64,000 nucleotides of DNA from a bacterium (GTDB taxonomy: Bacteria > Electryoneota > JAOADG01), in the NCBI GenBank assembly GCA_963681965.1, contig OY820579.1, positions 2,624,001 through 2,688,000 of the forward strand, in the 5' to 3' direction. The notes under the pieces were generated by a model. That model had not been told where the DNA came from, did no database searches, and was given only the letters and a program-made list of their open reading frames with translations. Of this stretch, positions 23,101 through 31,700 are shown one piece after another. The position numbers were made by a program, and so were the translations under genes. The stretch's first letter is position 1; each line of letters begins with the position of its first letter.

Positions 23101-24629
23101 TTGTCGATACTGAGATGCGAGGTTCTCAGACGATTCATGTTATGGCAGAGTATAACGACGGAATCGCTCGTTCCGATAGTTTCCAAATAGTATGTGCTGG
23201 TGCTGTGGGTAGTCCCATTTGGGTACGAGTCTCTCAGGCAGCAGCTCCACCAACGATCTCTATCTCTCCCACCACGATTCCGCAGTACAGCTCTACTGGC
23301 GGGTCACAGGATGTAACTGTCACCATAGGTGGCGGTGATACGACTGCTGCCTGGACATTTGGTTTATTACCCGAATGGTTGGTATTGAGTATCGAAGGGG
23401 AAATGAGAGGCTCCAAGTTGCTTCACGTTATTCTACAGTATAATGAGGGAGTCGCTCGCGTCGATAGTTTCCCGATTATTTGTTCAGGTGCTGTAGGGAG
23501 CCCGGTTTGGATCAAGGTGTCGCAGGCAGCCGGTCCAACCACGTTCGCAGTAACACCAACCACCATTCCACAATTCAGCAGTAGTGGTGGAACATATGAT
23601 GTTGCAGCGACGATAGGTGGCGGCGATACGACGGCAGCCTGGACATTCGGCACTTTCCCGTATTGGCTGATTCTGGTTGTCGATACTGAAATGCGAGGTT
23701 CACAGACGATTCATGTTATGGCAGAGTATAACGACGGAATCGCTCGTTCCGATAGTTTCCAAATAGTATGTGCTGGTGCTGTGGGTAGTCCCATTTGGGT
23801 ACGAGTCTCTCAGGCAGCAGCTCCACCAACGATCTCTATCTCTCCCACCACGATTCCGCAGTACAGCTCTACTGGCGGGTCACAGGATGTAACTGTCACC
23901 ATAGGTGGCGGTGATACGACTGCTGCTTGGACATTTGGTTTATTACCCGAATGGTTAGTATTGAGTATCGAAGGGGAAATGAGAGGCTCCCAGTTGCTTC
24001 ACGTTATTCTACAGTATAATGAAGGAGCTGCTCGTGCCGATAGTTTCCCGATTATTTGTTCAGGTGCTGTAGGGAGCCCGGTTTGGATCAAGGTGTCGCA
24101 AGCTGCGGGAACGCTTCCCCTTGTCGCGGCAATCTCCCCTATTCCATCGAGTGGTTCTGTGCTCATGTTGCTCCCGCCAGAGTTATCGTGGAATGGGGAT
24201 CCAAGTAATCCACAGTATGATATCTATCTGGGTACGAGTAATCCGCCATTGACATGTGTAGCCACCAATTTGGCAACATCTTCGTTTACACCAAGCACTC
24301 TAGTTGGCGATGGAATCTACTACTGGTATGTTGTTTCGCACAATGCGACAGATAGTATCCCGAGTGTAGTCTGGTCGTTCATGATTGATTCATCTGTGCC
24401 AACGCTGTCGATCACATATTCGAGCAATGAGGCACATTTAACTTGGAATGCAACAGCATTTCCACAGGTGAAGATCTACCGAAGTACAAGCTCGGCGTAC
24501 TTCACACCGTCGATTGCAACATTGTTGATGACGGTTCCAAGTTCGCCAAATTCGTATGTCGACTCGCCCGTGACTGGGCAATATTACTACAAGGTTACTT
24601 ATGTCAGCGAGGGAGCTTCTGCAAAATGA
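17175..24629 (+). CDS. Giant secreted protein (2484 aa): FN3-like modules, ASH/Ig-like domain, ~20 BACON-like repeats, shared C-terminal module
   Basis: AGGAGG RBS + TTG; signal peptide ending AFA; repeats W..S..PSWI.L.P...G...V.VTA.AN.G.AR.DSF......GSP.WV.VSQ counted 20 times. Confidence 0.9.
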   Translation: MIRRSTLLFLMVILAICSTQRAFAVPADPTTCIPTSGSVNQSITPNLVWSTSAGATGYDVYFGTMNPPTTRVSYNQSGNNYNPGTLVSYTVYYWKVIARNSTGTSPGTMNWYFRTIRTVPNDPTNPNPTNNATGIATNQVLSWTASYDADMYDVYFGTTNPPTTRVSQNQTGTTYTPTLSISTTYYWKVLARNAVGYSPGTIWRFTTGSQPNYQWNVSTLDFGNRGYRPTFSVDDTVYVENNGATNGTLSITPLSSTNFLVVSPTTSFSLAPGDSQAVILRFDPTTPGTLSSTFTANGTNSPTISVSGTTSFHSPPVQASDSTNLYCVHLTWPIESFTVYYRVFRSTTNDTATAIAMGTWTTLSTYDDSSAVAGTVYYYWVKMAFNSSGAYASDLYIAEPGSKLRPTTLVVTPDPMTPFLVAGGQQFLTITISGGRPTSAWRIDTLPSWISLSSNNSFGTRTIIVTAPANTGIGRSDSLRVFLVEYPTTYQWVSVSQETNITTLTATPNPIQVGSAESAVTLTASVTGHDPSAYWHAGTVPSWIQVIPSGQYGSGTTGVYIDANTGITRTDSIGLNCYDDPNVTTTWVRVIQHAGPPILSVSPTTISQFVYGGGSQNTTVTIGGGNPSATWTTSNVPSWITLNPTTSTGTRTVSVTASANTGLARSDSFQVASSGATGSPVWVKVSQATLPTTLSVSPTTITQFAYGGGSQTTTITIGGGNPSATWITGNIPSWITLNPATSTGTRTVTITAAMNSSTARSDSFQVTSTGATGSPVWVKVSQVASTTISVSANPMSQFVYTGGTQNLTVTVAGSSPTATWSTSNVPSWITLNPTTYAGTRTITVTAAANAGTTRSDSFQVVSTGAVGSPTWVKVSQAYAGTLLTVTPTTMPQFNGTLRSQSIALSISGTNPTAAWTISNLPSWISVNSSSGSGSASVTVSAVTNTGAARADSFRVNCTASIVNPIWVKVSQDHAPVTVSIVVFEGDLRNLAYNGQDIQFFVSVQGYDPTESRTADQFPSWAPGTPYGDGFTLHIAANPGFERTDSIRVTCINSIASPYYVVLRQNPALTSMSVTPTTLSQFAKTGGTQTTAVSFIGRLLSSPWTASNIPSWISLSPSSGAGGSSISVTAQANSGIARADSFQVSSTGIIGSPIWVKVSQAAGSLLSTSLTTIPQFTDAGGAQSFSVNVTGGISNATWTASNIPSWITLNPTTFAGTRTVVATASANTGIARADSFQVASTGAVGSPLWVRVSQAVGATTLSVLPTIVTQFANSGGSQNVTVSVGGGNPTATWTTSNVPSWITLNPTSYAGSRAVSVTAQASFISARSDSFRIACTGATGSPVWVKVSQAVGATTLAVNPTTLSLFNATVTSQPMAITIGGYNLSAPWTINSVPSWVNVSSVSGSGSANLTVSTVTNTGAARVDSFRVNCPGTLGSPIWVKVSQDHAPVSLNIYPNSDANDQMRYEGYGYNGTDYFLVYVESTGYDTHEPWTVDHIPSWCNDLYTSQVDGTILFRVTPNTGFERSDTLRVLCANAIGSPYNIILRQNPFLTSMVVSPTTITQFPAIGNSQIISLSFTGRLLTSAWSTSNVPSWISLNPSSGNGGRSIAVVASANGGVARADSFQISSTGIIGSPVWVKVSQTAGTTLSTSLTTLPQFSNSGGSQSVTVNVTGGITNATWTTSNVPSWISLIPTTYAGTRTVTVTALANAGGARSDSFQVNSTGAVGSPIWVKVSQAAGATIFSVSPNPLAQFDPQGMAQNLSISISGGNPTAAWSVANLPSWISLNSSSGAGSATVTVTASANSGVARSDSFQVSSTGATGSPIWVRVSQAAAPPTISISPTTIPQYSSTGGSQDVTVTIGGGDTTAAWTFGLLPEWLVLSIEGEMRGSQLLHVILQYNEGVARADSFPIICSGAVGSPVWIKVSQAAGPTTFAVTPTTIPQFSSSGGTYDVAATIGGGDTTAAWTFGTFPYWLILVVDTEMRGSQTIHVMAEYNDGIARSDSFQIVCAGAVGSPIWVRVSQAAAPPTISISPTTIPQYSSTGGSQDVTVTIGGGDTTAAWTFGLLPEWLVLSIEGEMRGSKLLHVILQYNEGVARVDSFPIICSGAVGSPVWIKVSQAAGPTTFAVTPTTIPQFSSSGGTYDVAATIGGGDTTAAWTFGTFPYWLILVVDTEMRGSQTIHVMAEYNDGIARSDSFQIVCAGAVGSPIWVRVSQAAAPPTISISPTTIPQYSSTGGSQDVTVTIGGGDTTAAWTFGLLPEWLVLSIEGEMRGSQLLHVILQYNEGAARADSFPIICSGAVGSPVWIKVSQAAGTLPLVAAISPIPSSGSVLMLLPPELSWNGDPSNPQYDIYLGTSNPPLTCVATNLATSSFTPSTLVGDGIYYWYVVSHNATDSIPSVVWSFMIDSSVPTLSITYSSNEAHLTWNATAFPQVKIYRSTSSAYFTPSIATLLMTVPSSPNSYVDSPVTGQYYYKVTYVSEGASAK
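22635..24100 (+). repeat. Near-identical intragenic tandem repeat, 576-bp unit, ~2.5 copies
   Basis: agtcccatttgggtacgagtctctcaggc recurs at 22635, 23211 and 23787. Confidence 0.95.
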
Positions 24630-24829
24630 GGGTCAATCCGAGTTGAGTCACTAATGAAATGGGTAATGATGATGGAGTGATCACCCAAATCGAAATTGGT
24701 GCAATTACTCGTCCACAAATTGATGTCAAGCCAGTCTGTCTTGAGAGAAATGTCAAGATGACCACTTAGCGAGGTGAAGTTCTAAGTATCAGATCACACT
24801 GAAAGTCGTTATATGTCTTTCGCAATTTG

Positions 24830-24862
24830 CCCCCTATTTACTACCGTAGATAGGGGGTTTTA
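24830..24862 (+). terminator. Probable intrinsic terminator
   Basis: ccccctatttac-tacc-gtagataggggg followed by tttt. Confidence 0.65.
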
Positions 24863-25146
24863 GCATCTAGTTAAAAAAACTAGTTCCGTTCTCATTACGT
24901 AAGATCGAAGGGTAATTAATCAAGAGACAACTCATACAAGATCCGCCCAAACGCATTATTGTTTAGTTAGCGTCGAATGTGATCCAAGTGATAAATTGAG
25001 ACAATGAAATTTATCACATGGATAGTCCGACTTATCAGCGAAGCACAATTCGATAAGAAAGCGTATCACTTACATAATCTCTAAATACGGAAACTTTTCA
25101 ATAAATCGATTACAGACATTTACGATGAGTTCTAGTTCGATATTGA

Positions 25147-27792
25147 ATGATCCAATTAATGTTCGGGGGCAGTACGAATAAGTCAATCACTAACATGAAC
25201 GATTCACCAATCAAGAAGATAAAAAAAACTACTTCAGTGTTGGATCTCGACGGACTTACAGGTCTAAGTGAAGTTGAAGCTAAAGCGCGATTGCAACTGG
25301 AAGGATTTAACGAACTACCCGCTCAGAAAAACCGTAGCTTATTCAAAATTATTTTCGAAGTTGCTCGCGAACCGATGTTTATCATGTTACTAGCTGCTGG
25401 ATCCCTTTACTTCTTAATGGGTGAACCGGTGGATGCATTGATGCTACTCGGCTTTGTGCTCGTTGTAATGGCAATTACGATTATTCAGGAACGGCGCACA
25501 GAGCATGCGCTTGAAGCTTTAAGAGATTTATCAAGTCCAAGAACTCTCGTTATTCGTGATGGGTCTCATCAAAGGATCGCCGGACGTGAAGTCGCTAGGG
25601 GCGATTTTGTTGTCTTATCCGAAGGTGATCGCGTGCCCGCAGATGGCTTGTTGCGGCGAGGAATCAACCTATCAGCCGATGAGTCTCTGTTATCAGGTGA
25701 ATCGAATCCGGTCAGAAAAACCGCATCGTCGGATATCATTACTCTCGATACACCGGGTGGCGACGATCTGCCCTCTCTGTTTTCAGGAACATTGGTTACA
25801 ACTGGTCAAGGTATCATCGAAGTCACCGCAACAGGTTTTCGCTCTGAGTTGGGTAAGATTGGAAAAGCATTAGATCAAATAAGTCCTGAACCTACTCCTC
25901 TTCAAAAAGAGATGGGACGACTCGTTCGAACTTTTGCTATCGTAGGCATGGTTGCATGTTCAATTGTGGTTGTAGCTTTTGCCCTAACTCGTGGGGGAGG
26001 TGCCAATGTATGGAAAGAGGGAATCCTTGCAGGAATCGCAATGGCAATGGCAGTTTTACCGGAAGAGTTTCCCGTAATACTAACAATCTTTCTCGCACTT
26101 GGAGCTTGGCGAATCTCGCGAATTAAGGTTTTGACGAGGAGAATGCCGGTTATTGAGACTTTAGGATCTGCGACAGTGCTTTGTGTCGATAAGACTGGTA
26201 CTCTAACTCAAAATCAAATGACTTTACAACAGCTAATGGTTGATTCTGAGTTAATAGAACTCTCTTCTACTTCCACCGAACTGTCAGAAAGCGCTCACAA
26301 CCTGCTGGAATGTGCAATTCTTGCCAGTAATCGAGATCCATTTGATCCGATGGAACGCGCGTTGCATGAAGCAGGTAAAAAGTTGATCGCCGATACAGAG
26401 CACCTGCATCCGGATTGGTCGCTGGAGTGTGATTACCCATTAACACCTAGTCTACTGGCAATGAGTCTTGCTTGGCGAAAAGGGAATACCGATGAGATTG
26501 TAGTTTCGGCTAAAGGTGCACCGGAGGCTATTGCGGAATTGTGTCATATGACAATCGAACAGCGATCGAAATTGGTTAAAGATGTAGAATCTTTAGCGAG
26601 TATTGGTTCTCGCGTGTTGGGTGTAGCACGCTGTGAGATGAAACAAATCAGCCTTCCTGATCAACAGCACGATTTAGCACTCAAATTCGTAGGGTTGATC
26701 GGTTTTCAAGATCCACTTCGATCAACAGTTCCTGCAGCAATTGGAGAATGCCAGACCGCTGGTATACGGGTCGTAATGATCACCGGCGATTATCCTGCTA
26801 CCGCTCAGAGCATTGCGCGTCAGGCTGGACTAACAAACTGCGATAATGTAATCACAGGTACCGAGCTGAACAGTATGACCGATGAGACTCTTGCACAACG
26901 GATAAAGGATGTGCAAGTATTTGCCCGTGTAATTCCCGAACAAAAACTCCGTATTGTAAATGCACTAAAGGAAAACAAAGAGATTGTTGCGATGACCGGT
27001 GATGGAGTTAATGATGCTCCAGCGCTGAAAGCTGCTCATATCGGTATTGCGATGGGGGGGAGGGGAACGGATGTGGCACGTGAATCTGCCTCATTAGTAC
27101 TTCTAAATGATGACTTCTCTTCAATTGTATTAGCCGTAAAGCTTGGCAGGCGTATCTTCGACAACATTAAGAAAGCAATTGCATTCACTTTGGCAGTTCA
27201 TGTTCCTATTGCAGGATTATCGATGATTCCGGTTTTTATCTCTGACTGGCCTCTGCTACTGTTACCAATACACATTGTATTTTTGGAACTGATCATCGAT
27301 CCATCTTGTTCGCTAATCTTCGAAGCAGAGGATGCGGAATCCAATGTGATGAAGCGTCCTCCTCGCAAACCTGAAGAACATCTCTTTTCACTGCGAACGG
27401 TTGGAATGGCAATATTTCAGGGTGTATGCGTTCTCGCTATTTGTATCGGTGTATTTCTATATGCGCGAGTCGATCATTCGCCGGAAGTCGCAAGTGCAAT
27501 GATGTTCGCTACTTTGGTTGTTTCATTCATCGTGATCATTCTCGTGAATCGATCTTGGACAAGATCTGTCTTTGCGATGTTCCGAGTTCCGAACGAAGCG
27601 CTTAAGTGGGTTGTTCTTGGCACATTAGTTATTCTCAGTGGCGTTCTATTTATTCCATTCGCCCAACGACTATTTCACTTTGCACCACTTGATGTAGTTG
27701 ACATTGTAATATGTTTAGGAACCACAGCAGTATGTTTTTTAATTTTTGAGTTGGTAAAACGGATAGGTAGGAAATATTGGGTGTTAGTATAA
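25147..27792 (+). CDS. Cation-transporting P-type ATPase (P2A-like)
   Basis: SGES, LPEEFP, DKTGTLT, KGAPE, MITGD, TGDGVNDAPALK motifs; true start may be 25195. Confidence 0.96.
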   Translation: MIQLMFGGSTNKSITNMNDSPIKKIKKTTSVLDLDGLTGLSEVEAKARLQLEGFNELPAQKNRSLFKIIFEVAREPMFIMLLAAGSLYFLMGEPVDALMLLGFVLVVMAITIIQERRTEHALEALRDLSSPRTLVIRDGSHQRIAGREVARGDFVVLSEGDRVPADGLLRRGINLSADESLLSGESNPVRKTASSDIITLDTPGGDDLPSLFSGTLVTTGQGIIEVTATGFRSELGKIGKALDQISPEPTPLQKEMGRLVRTFAIVGMVACSIVVVAFALTRGGGANVWKEGILAGIAMAMAVLPEEFPVILTIFLALGAWRISRIKVLTRRMPVIETLGSATVLCVDKTGTLTQNQMTLQQLMVDSELIELSSTSTELSESAHNLLECAILASNRDPFDPMERALHEAGKKLIADTEHLHPDWSLECDYPLTPSLLAMSLAWRKGNTDEIVVSAKGAPEAIAELCHMTIEQRSKLVKDVESLASIGSRVLGVARCEMKQISLPDQQHDLALKFVGLIGFQDPLRSTVPAAIGECQTAGIRVVMITGDYPATAQSIARQAGLTNCDNVITGTELNSMTDETLAQRIKDVQVFARVIPEQKLRIVNALKENKEIVAMTGDGVNDAPALKAAHIGIAMGGRGTDVARESASLVLLNDDFSSIVLAVKLGRRIFDNIKKAIAFTLAVHVPIAGLSMIPVFISDWPLLLLPIHIVFLELIIDPSCSLIFEAEDAESNVMKRPPRKPEEHLFSLRTVGMAIFQGVCVLAICIGVFLYARVDHSPEVASAMMFATLVVSFIVIILVNRSWTRSVFAMFRVPNEALKWVVLGTLVILSGVLFIPFAQRLFHFAPLDVVDIVICLGTTAVCFLIFELVKRIGRKYWVLV

Positions 27793-28006
27793 ATCCATTC
27801 CGACTAAGCGAGTTATTCATTCAGTATTAATCGGACTCGTCGCGATGAAATAGTTACATTATTATACTGGAAGACACCTAGTTTTTACCTACCAGTGTAT
27901 GATTATTCGAATATGTAAGTAGTCAATGAGAGAGGGTTGCTCCGATAAGCACAATGGTGCACCTCTAGACCATTTCGAATGCAGATAAATTGACTTAGGG
28001 TGAACA

Positions 28007-28447
28007 ATGGCAAATAGAATAATTAATGAATCGGTAGAAACGTATCTCGATAACCTGCCTCAAGATCGTAAGGAAATTGTTACTTCAGTACGTGAAGTGA
28101 TTATAGCGAATCTACCAGCGGGGTATGAAGAAGGGATCCTCTATGGAATGATATGCTACTTTGTACCACTGGATCGTTATCCCGATACCTACAATAAACA
28201 ACCGCTAATGCTTGCAGGAATTGCTTCCAGAAAAAGTTACCTGTCGCTTCATTTAGTAGCTGTTTACGGAAAAAAAGAGTTGAACGAATGGCTTGTGGAA
28301 GAATGGAGCAAGACCGGAAAAAAACTGAATATGGGTAAAGGGTGTATTCATTTTAAAAAAATCGATGATCTACCACTTGAGCTGATCGCTAAAACTATCG
28401 CTAAAGTTCCCGTATCGGAATTCATCACGTTATTCGAAAAAAAGTAA
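28007..28447 (+). CDS. DUF1801 (YdhG-like) protein
   Basis: VETYLDNLP.DRK, GYEEGI.YGMI.Y.VPL..YPDTYN.QPL, KL.MGK.CI.FK motifs. Confidence 0.85.
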   Translation: MANRIINESVETYLDNLPQDRKEIVTSVREVIIANLPAGYEEGILYGMICYFVPLDRYPDTYNKQPLMLAGIASRKSYLSLHLVAVYGKKELNEWLVEEWSKTGKKLNMGKGCIHFKKIDDLPLELIAKTIAKVPVSEFITLFEKK

Positions 28448-28563
28448 AACGATTTCGATTTTCTCCGAGCCAGATCGGGTAAGAATTTACCATTGGAACT
28501 TACTGACTCGCGAAAAAGATCGCAGGTTACAAGTTAGTAGAGACAATTTGTTCTATAGTAGTT

Positions 28564-28651
28564 CTTGAAAATAAGTTGTCATGATTCGGTGTCAGGCTTT
28601 ACCTGAACTGCTATTAGTCGCTCCTGCTATCGATGACAACTTATTTTCAAG
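28564..28651. repeat. 19-bp perfect inverted repeat with 50-bp spacer between convergent genes
   Basis: cttgaaaataagttgtcat (28564-28582) / atgacaacttattttcaag (28633-28651). Confidence 0.9.
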
Positions 28652-28733
28652 CGATACATTAGTTAAGCGGATTATTATCCCCTGTTTTAGCCTGTCCAAT
28701 AACCTTTCTCGATAGAATTAGCTTCTCTAACAA

Positions 28734-31700
28734 TTACTTCGAATCGGTAGAACCGACCGGTGAGTAAAATGAATTAACGCGATAGTAATATTGCATACCG
28801 ATTCCCGCCGTACTGTCTTGATACACTGTCGAGGGAGATAGCACCGATCCAATCAGCGTGCCGATACCCGGAGGAGTGAAGTACCCATTGTTGCCATACC
28901 GGTATACATTATATCCGCTAACAGTTCCCGACGCTGTCAACCAATTCAAGGTGGCAATACTGGTATTGCGATCGAACAAAATTGATAGATTAGCTGGAAT
29001 TCCCGGTATGATATACGCACTTCCCGTTAAAGGAATCGACAAGATAGGGTGTCTACTGGCATTTGAAGTAATCCTTAAAGAATCGGACAAAGTGCCTGTA
29101 GACAAAGGTGTCCAAGTGATCAGCAGTGCCGACGAATCGTTTACCGCAATTGTCCGAGATGTCCAACTCTTCGTGACGTTAGCAGGAGCAGTTATATTCG
29201 TAATCGTTAACGGAAGATATCCGGTACTCCGAATATAAATCGTTTGACTTCCCGAAGACCCCACCGCTACGGCACCTAAACCAATCGAGGTGCTACGTAC
29301 GGTAATCTCAGGATGCCCGATTGCCACTCCATTAATCGTAACCGCCCACCGCTTGATATTGAAAGCATCGGAAACGACAATCAGAGAATCCGAAAGATTG
29401 CCCGAAGTTACTGGATGCCAGGTGAGGGACAATTGAGCCGAATCACCAGGTAATATTGTCCGAGTCGTCCAATTGGTTGTGATTGTCGCAGGCGATCTTG
29501 CAATCGAAGTATTGGTAATATGCAAAGTATCGGTACCGGGATTGCGTAAATACAACGATCGCACCTGAGATCCTCCCGTTTCGACAGTGTCGAATGCAAT
29601 ATTCGAAACACCCGGCATACACATCTGACCACGTGCTGTTCCAGTCAATCTAATAACCATCCTAGATCTATTGATTGCATTCGTAGTCACCACAACAGAA
29701 TCGTTGATTGGATTATTCCAGTGCGGTGTCCAAGCCAATGTGAATGTGCCAGTGGTTCCACCTGCCACTGCAAACGAGGAAGTCGCGAAACCGACATCGG
29801 GAGGGCTGGATGTCAACGAATAAAACAGCGAATCATTCCCGGAATTCACAAGATGGATAGTTATCGTTCGGGTACTATCGACATGCACGGATCCAAAGCT
29901 CATAACAGTGTCCGGTGAACTGACTACGGCACCTCGCCCATATCCCGATAGCGGAACAGCATAACGAGAAGAATTCGTCGCATTTGATCGCACATAAAGG
30001 GTATCGTGCCACGTTCCCAAGGTAGTCGCAACCCAGGTAAGAATATTCACGATTGAATCACCCGGTGCGATATTGCGAGTCGACCAAGTGGTGGATACGG
30101 TTGTCGGCAAATCGATACCAGTGATTCGGAGGGTATCGGTTCCACTATTGCGGATATACAGATTACTTAATTTTCCACTACCAACATGTCCATCGGCAAA
30201 ATCGAGTGGTCTTGGAGAAGTCGAAATGATGGCTGTCAGTGGCAAAATGGTAAATATTCGATCACTAACATCGTATAATGTCGCATTATTCGATACCACC
30301 GCTTTGTAGAGCGCATTGGTCGTTCCAACATTGGGTACAGTGTGATTGTAGGTAACATTTCCCGGTGGCTGATTGCGAATTTGACACAAAGCAATCCAAC
30401 TGACTCCATTGTTCGTCGAATAAAACATATCGGTACCAGTTGCGGTATCGCCGACCGTTGTGAAAAATCGAATAGCCTGTGTCGATCCAGCTTGCCAGCT
30501 TTCACCACCATTAGGAGACAACACCCGAATTCCGGTAGTAACAATCGAAAACATCTGATTGCTGACATCGAAAATGGTCGGATTGTTTACTGAACTGACC
30601 CGAATTAAACAGGAATCCGACGCATTATTCGGAACCAACCAATTCAAACAGGTATCCAGATAGGGTGCGATACCAAGTTGCGACCAAATAAAACCGTTGT
30701 TAAACGAAACCTCAACTTTAACTGAATCCGGTATTCTAGGGACAAACCGAATATTCACTAGTTGATTGGGAGCGTAATATTCCCCTCCATTTGGAGAAGT
30801 CAAACTAATTGAAGGGATGATGATAGAAAAAGCAGCATCGGAAACGTCGGAATATGTCCGACTTTGATTCGAGATTCGGATCAATCCGCCAGTCGTTGCT
30901 GTCGCCGGAATCGACCAGATATAGGGTTGAATTAGACCCGCTGAACTGGAATCGATTCTGATCCAACTTGTCCCCGAATTGGTGGAATATTCGAGACGAT
31001 AGACAGACGCACCATTCACTGCTGTCCACGTGATAAATCGATTCTGATTCGAATATAAGAGTTCTCCTCCATTAGGCGACAGTACTTGGAGTTGCGGATT
31101 CGATGTTATTGTGAACATCGCATGACTGCTGTCTGCGATCGATCCATCTTCGTTGACAATCTTGATACGACAACGTGTCGATGCTAATGACGGAACCGTC
31201 CATGGATAAGGTGAAACTGCCAAACCGGAATTGATCATCGTCCAGCTTGTGCCGTTATCGGTCGTCAAGAATATTTGATACACCGAGGTGTTGGAAGTTG
31301 CCCAAGTAAGATTGTGGCTGAATCCGGCATTCCACGTTTCACCGCCAACCGGCGATAATAGTTGCATGGTTGGGGGAGTCATAATTGTGAAAATATTACT
31401 CGAGAATCCACTCACTTCCGGGGTCATTGCGAGTGATCGGACACGTATGCTGGAATTATTTGTTACTGCTCCTGCAACAGTCCACAAGTAACTTCCGGAA
31501 TTCGATGTATTGGCAGCAATCGTTTCCCATGATCCGTTTGGATAGTTGCGATTAAGTTCAATTGCCACATTACCGGTGATGCTCTGGAATGACCATTGAA
31601 TGGATCGCGAACTTCCCAAAGTCCAGCGTTCACCGCCATTGGGTGCGGTAACTGAAATCGTATGGGGTTGAACAACAACCAAAGGTGTGTCGGAATAAGC

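Noticed and set aside
22635-24100. Near-identical repeats as a CRISPR array or DGR template/variable pair
   Set aside because: Units are 576-bp in-frame coding repeats with no spacers, no evident adenine-specific variation, and no cas or reverse transcriptase gene in the window
24395-24629. Canonical T9SS type A C-terminal domain on the secreted proteins
   Set aside because: The YPNP...G.Y...K pattern is absent; the shared module has a different consensus
24860-25146. yybP-ykoY or M-box riboswitch upstream of the P-type ATPase
   Set aside because: I could not find the conserved cores by eye
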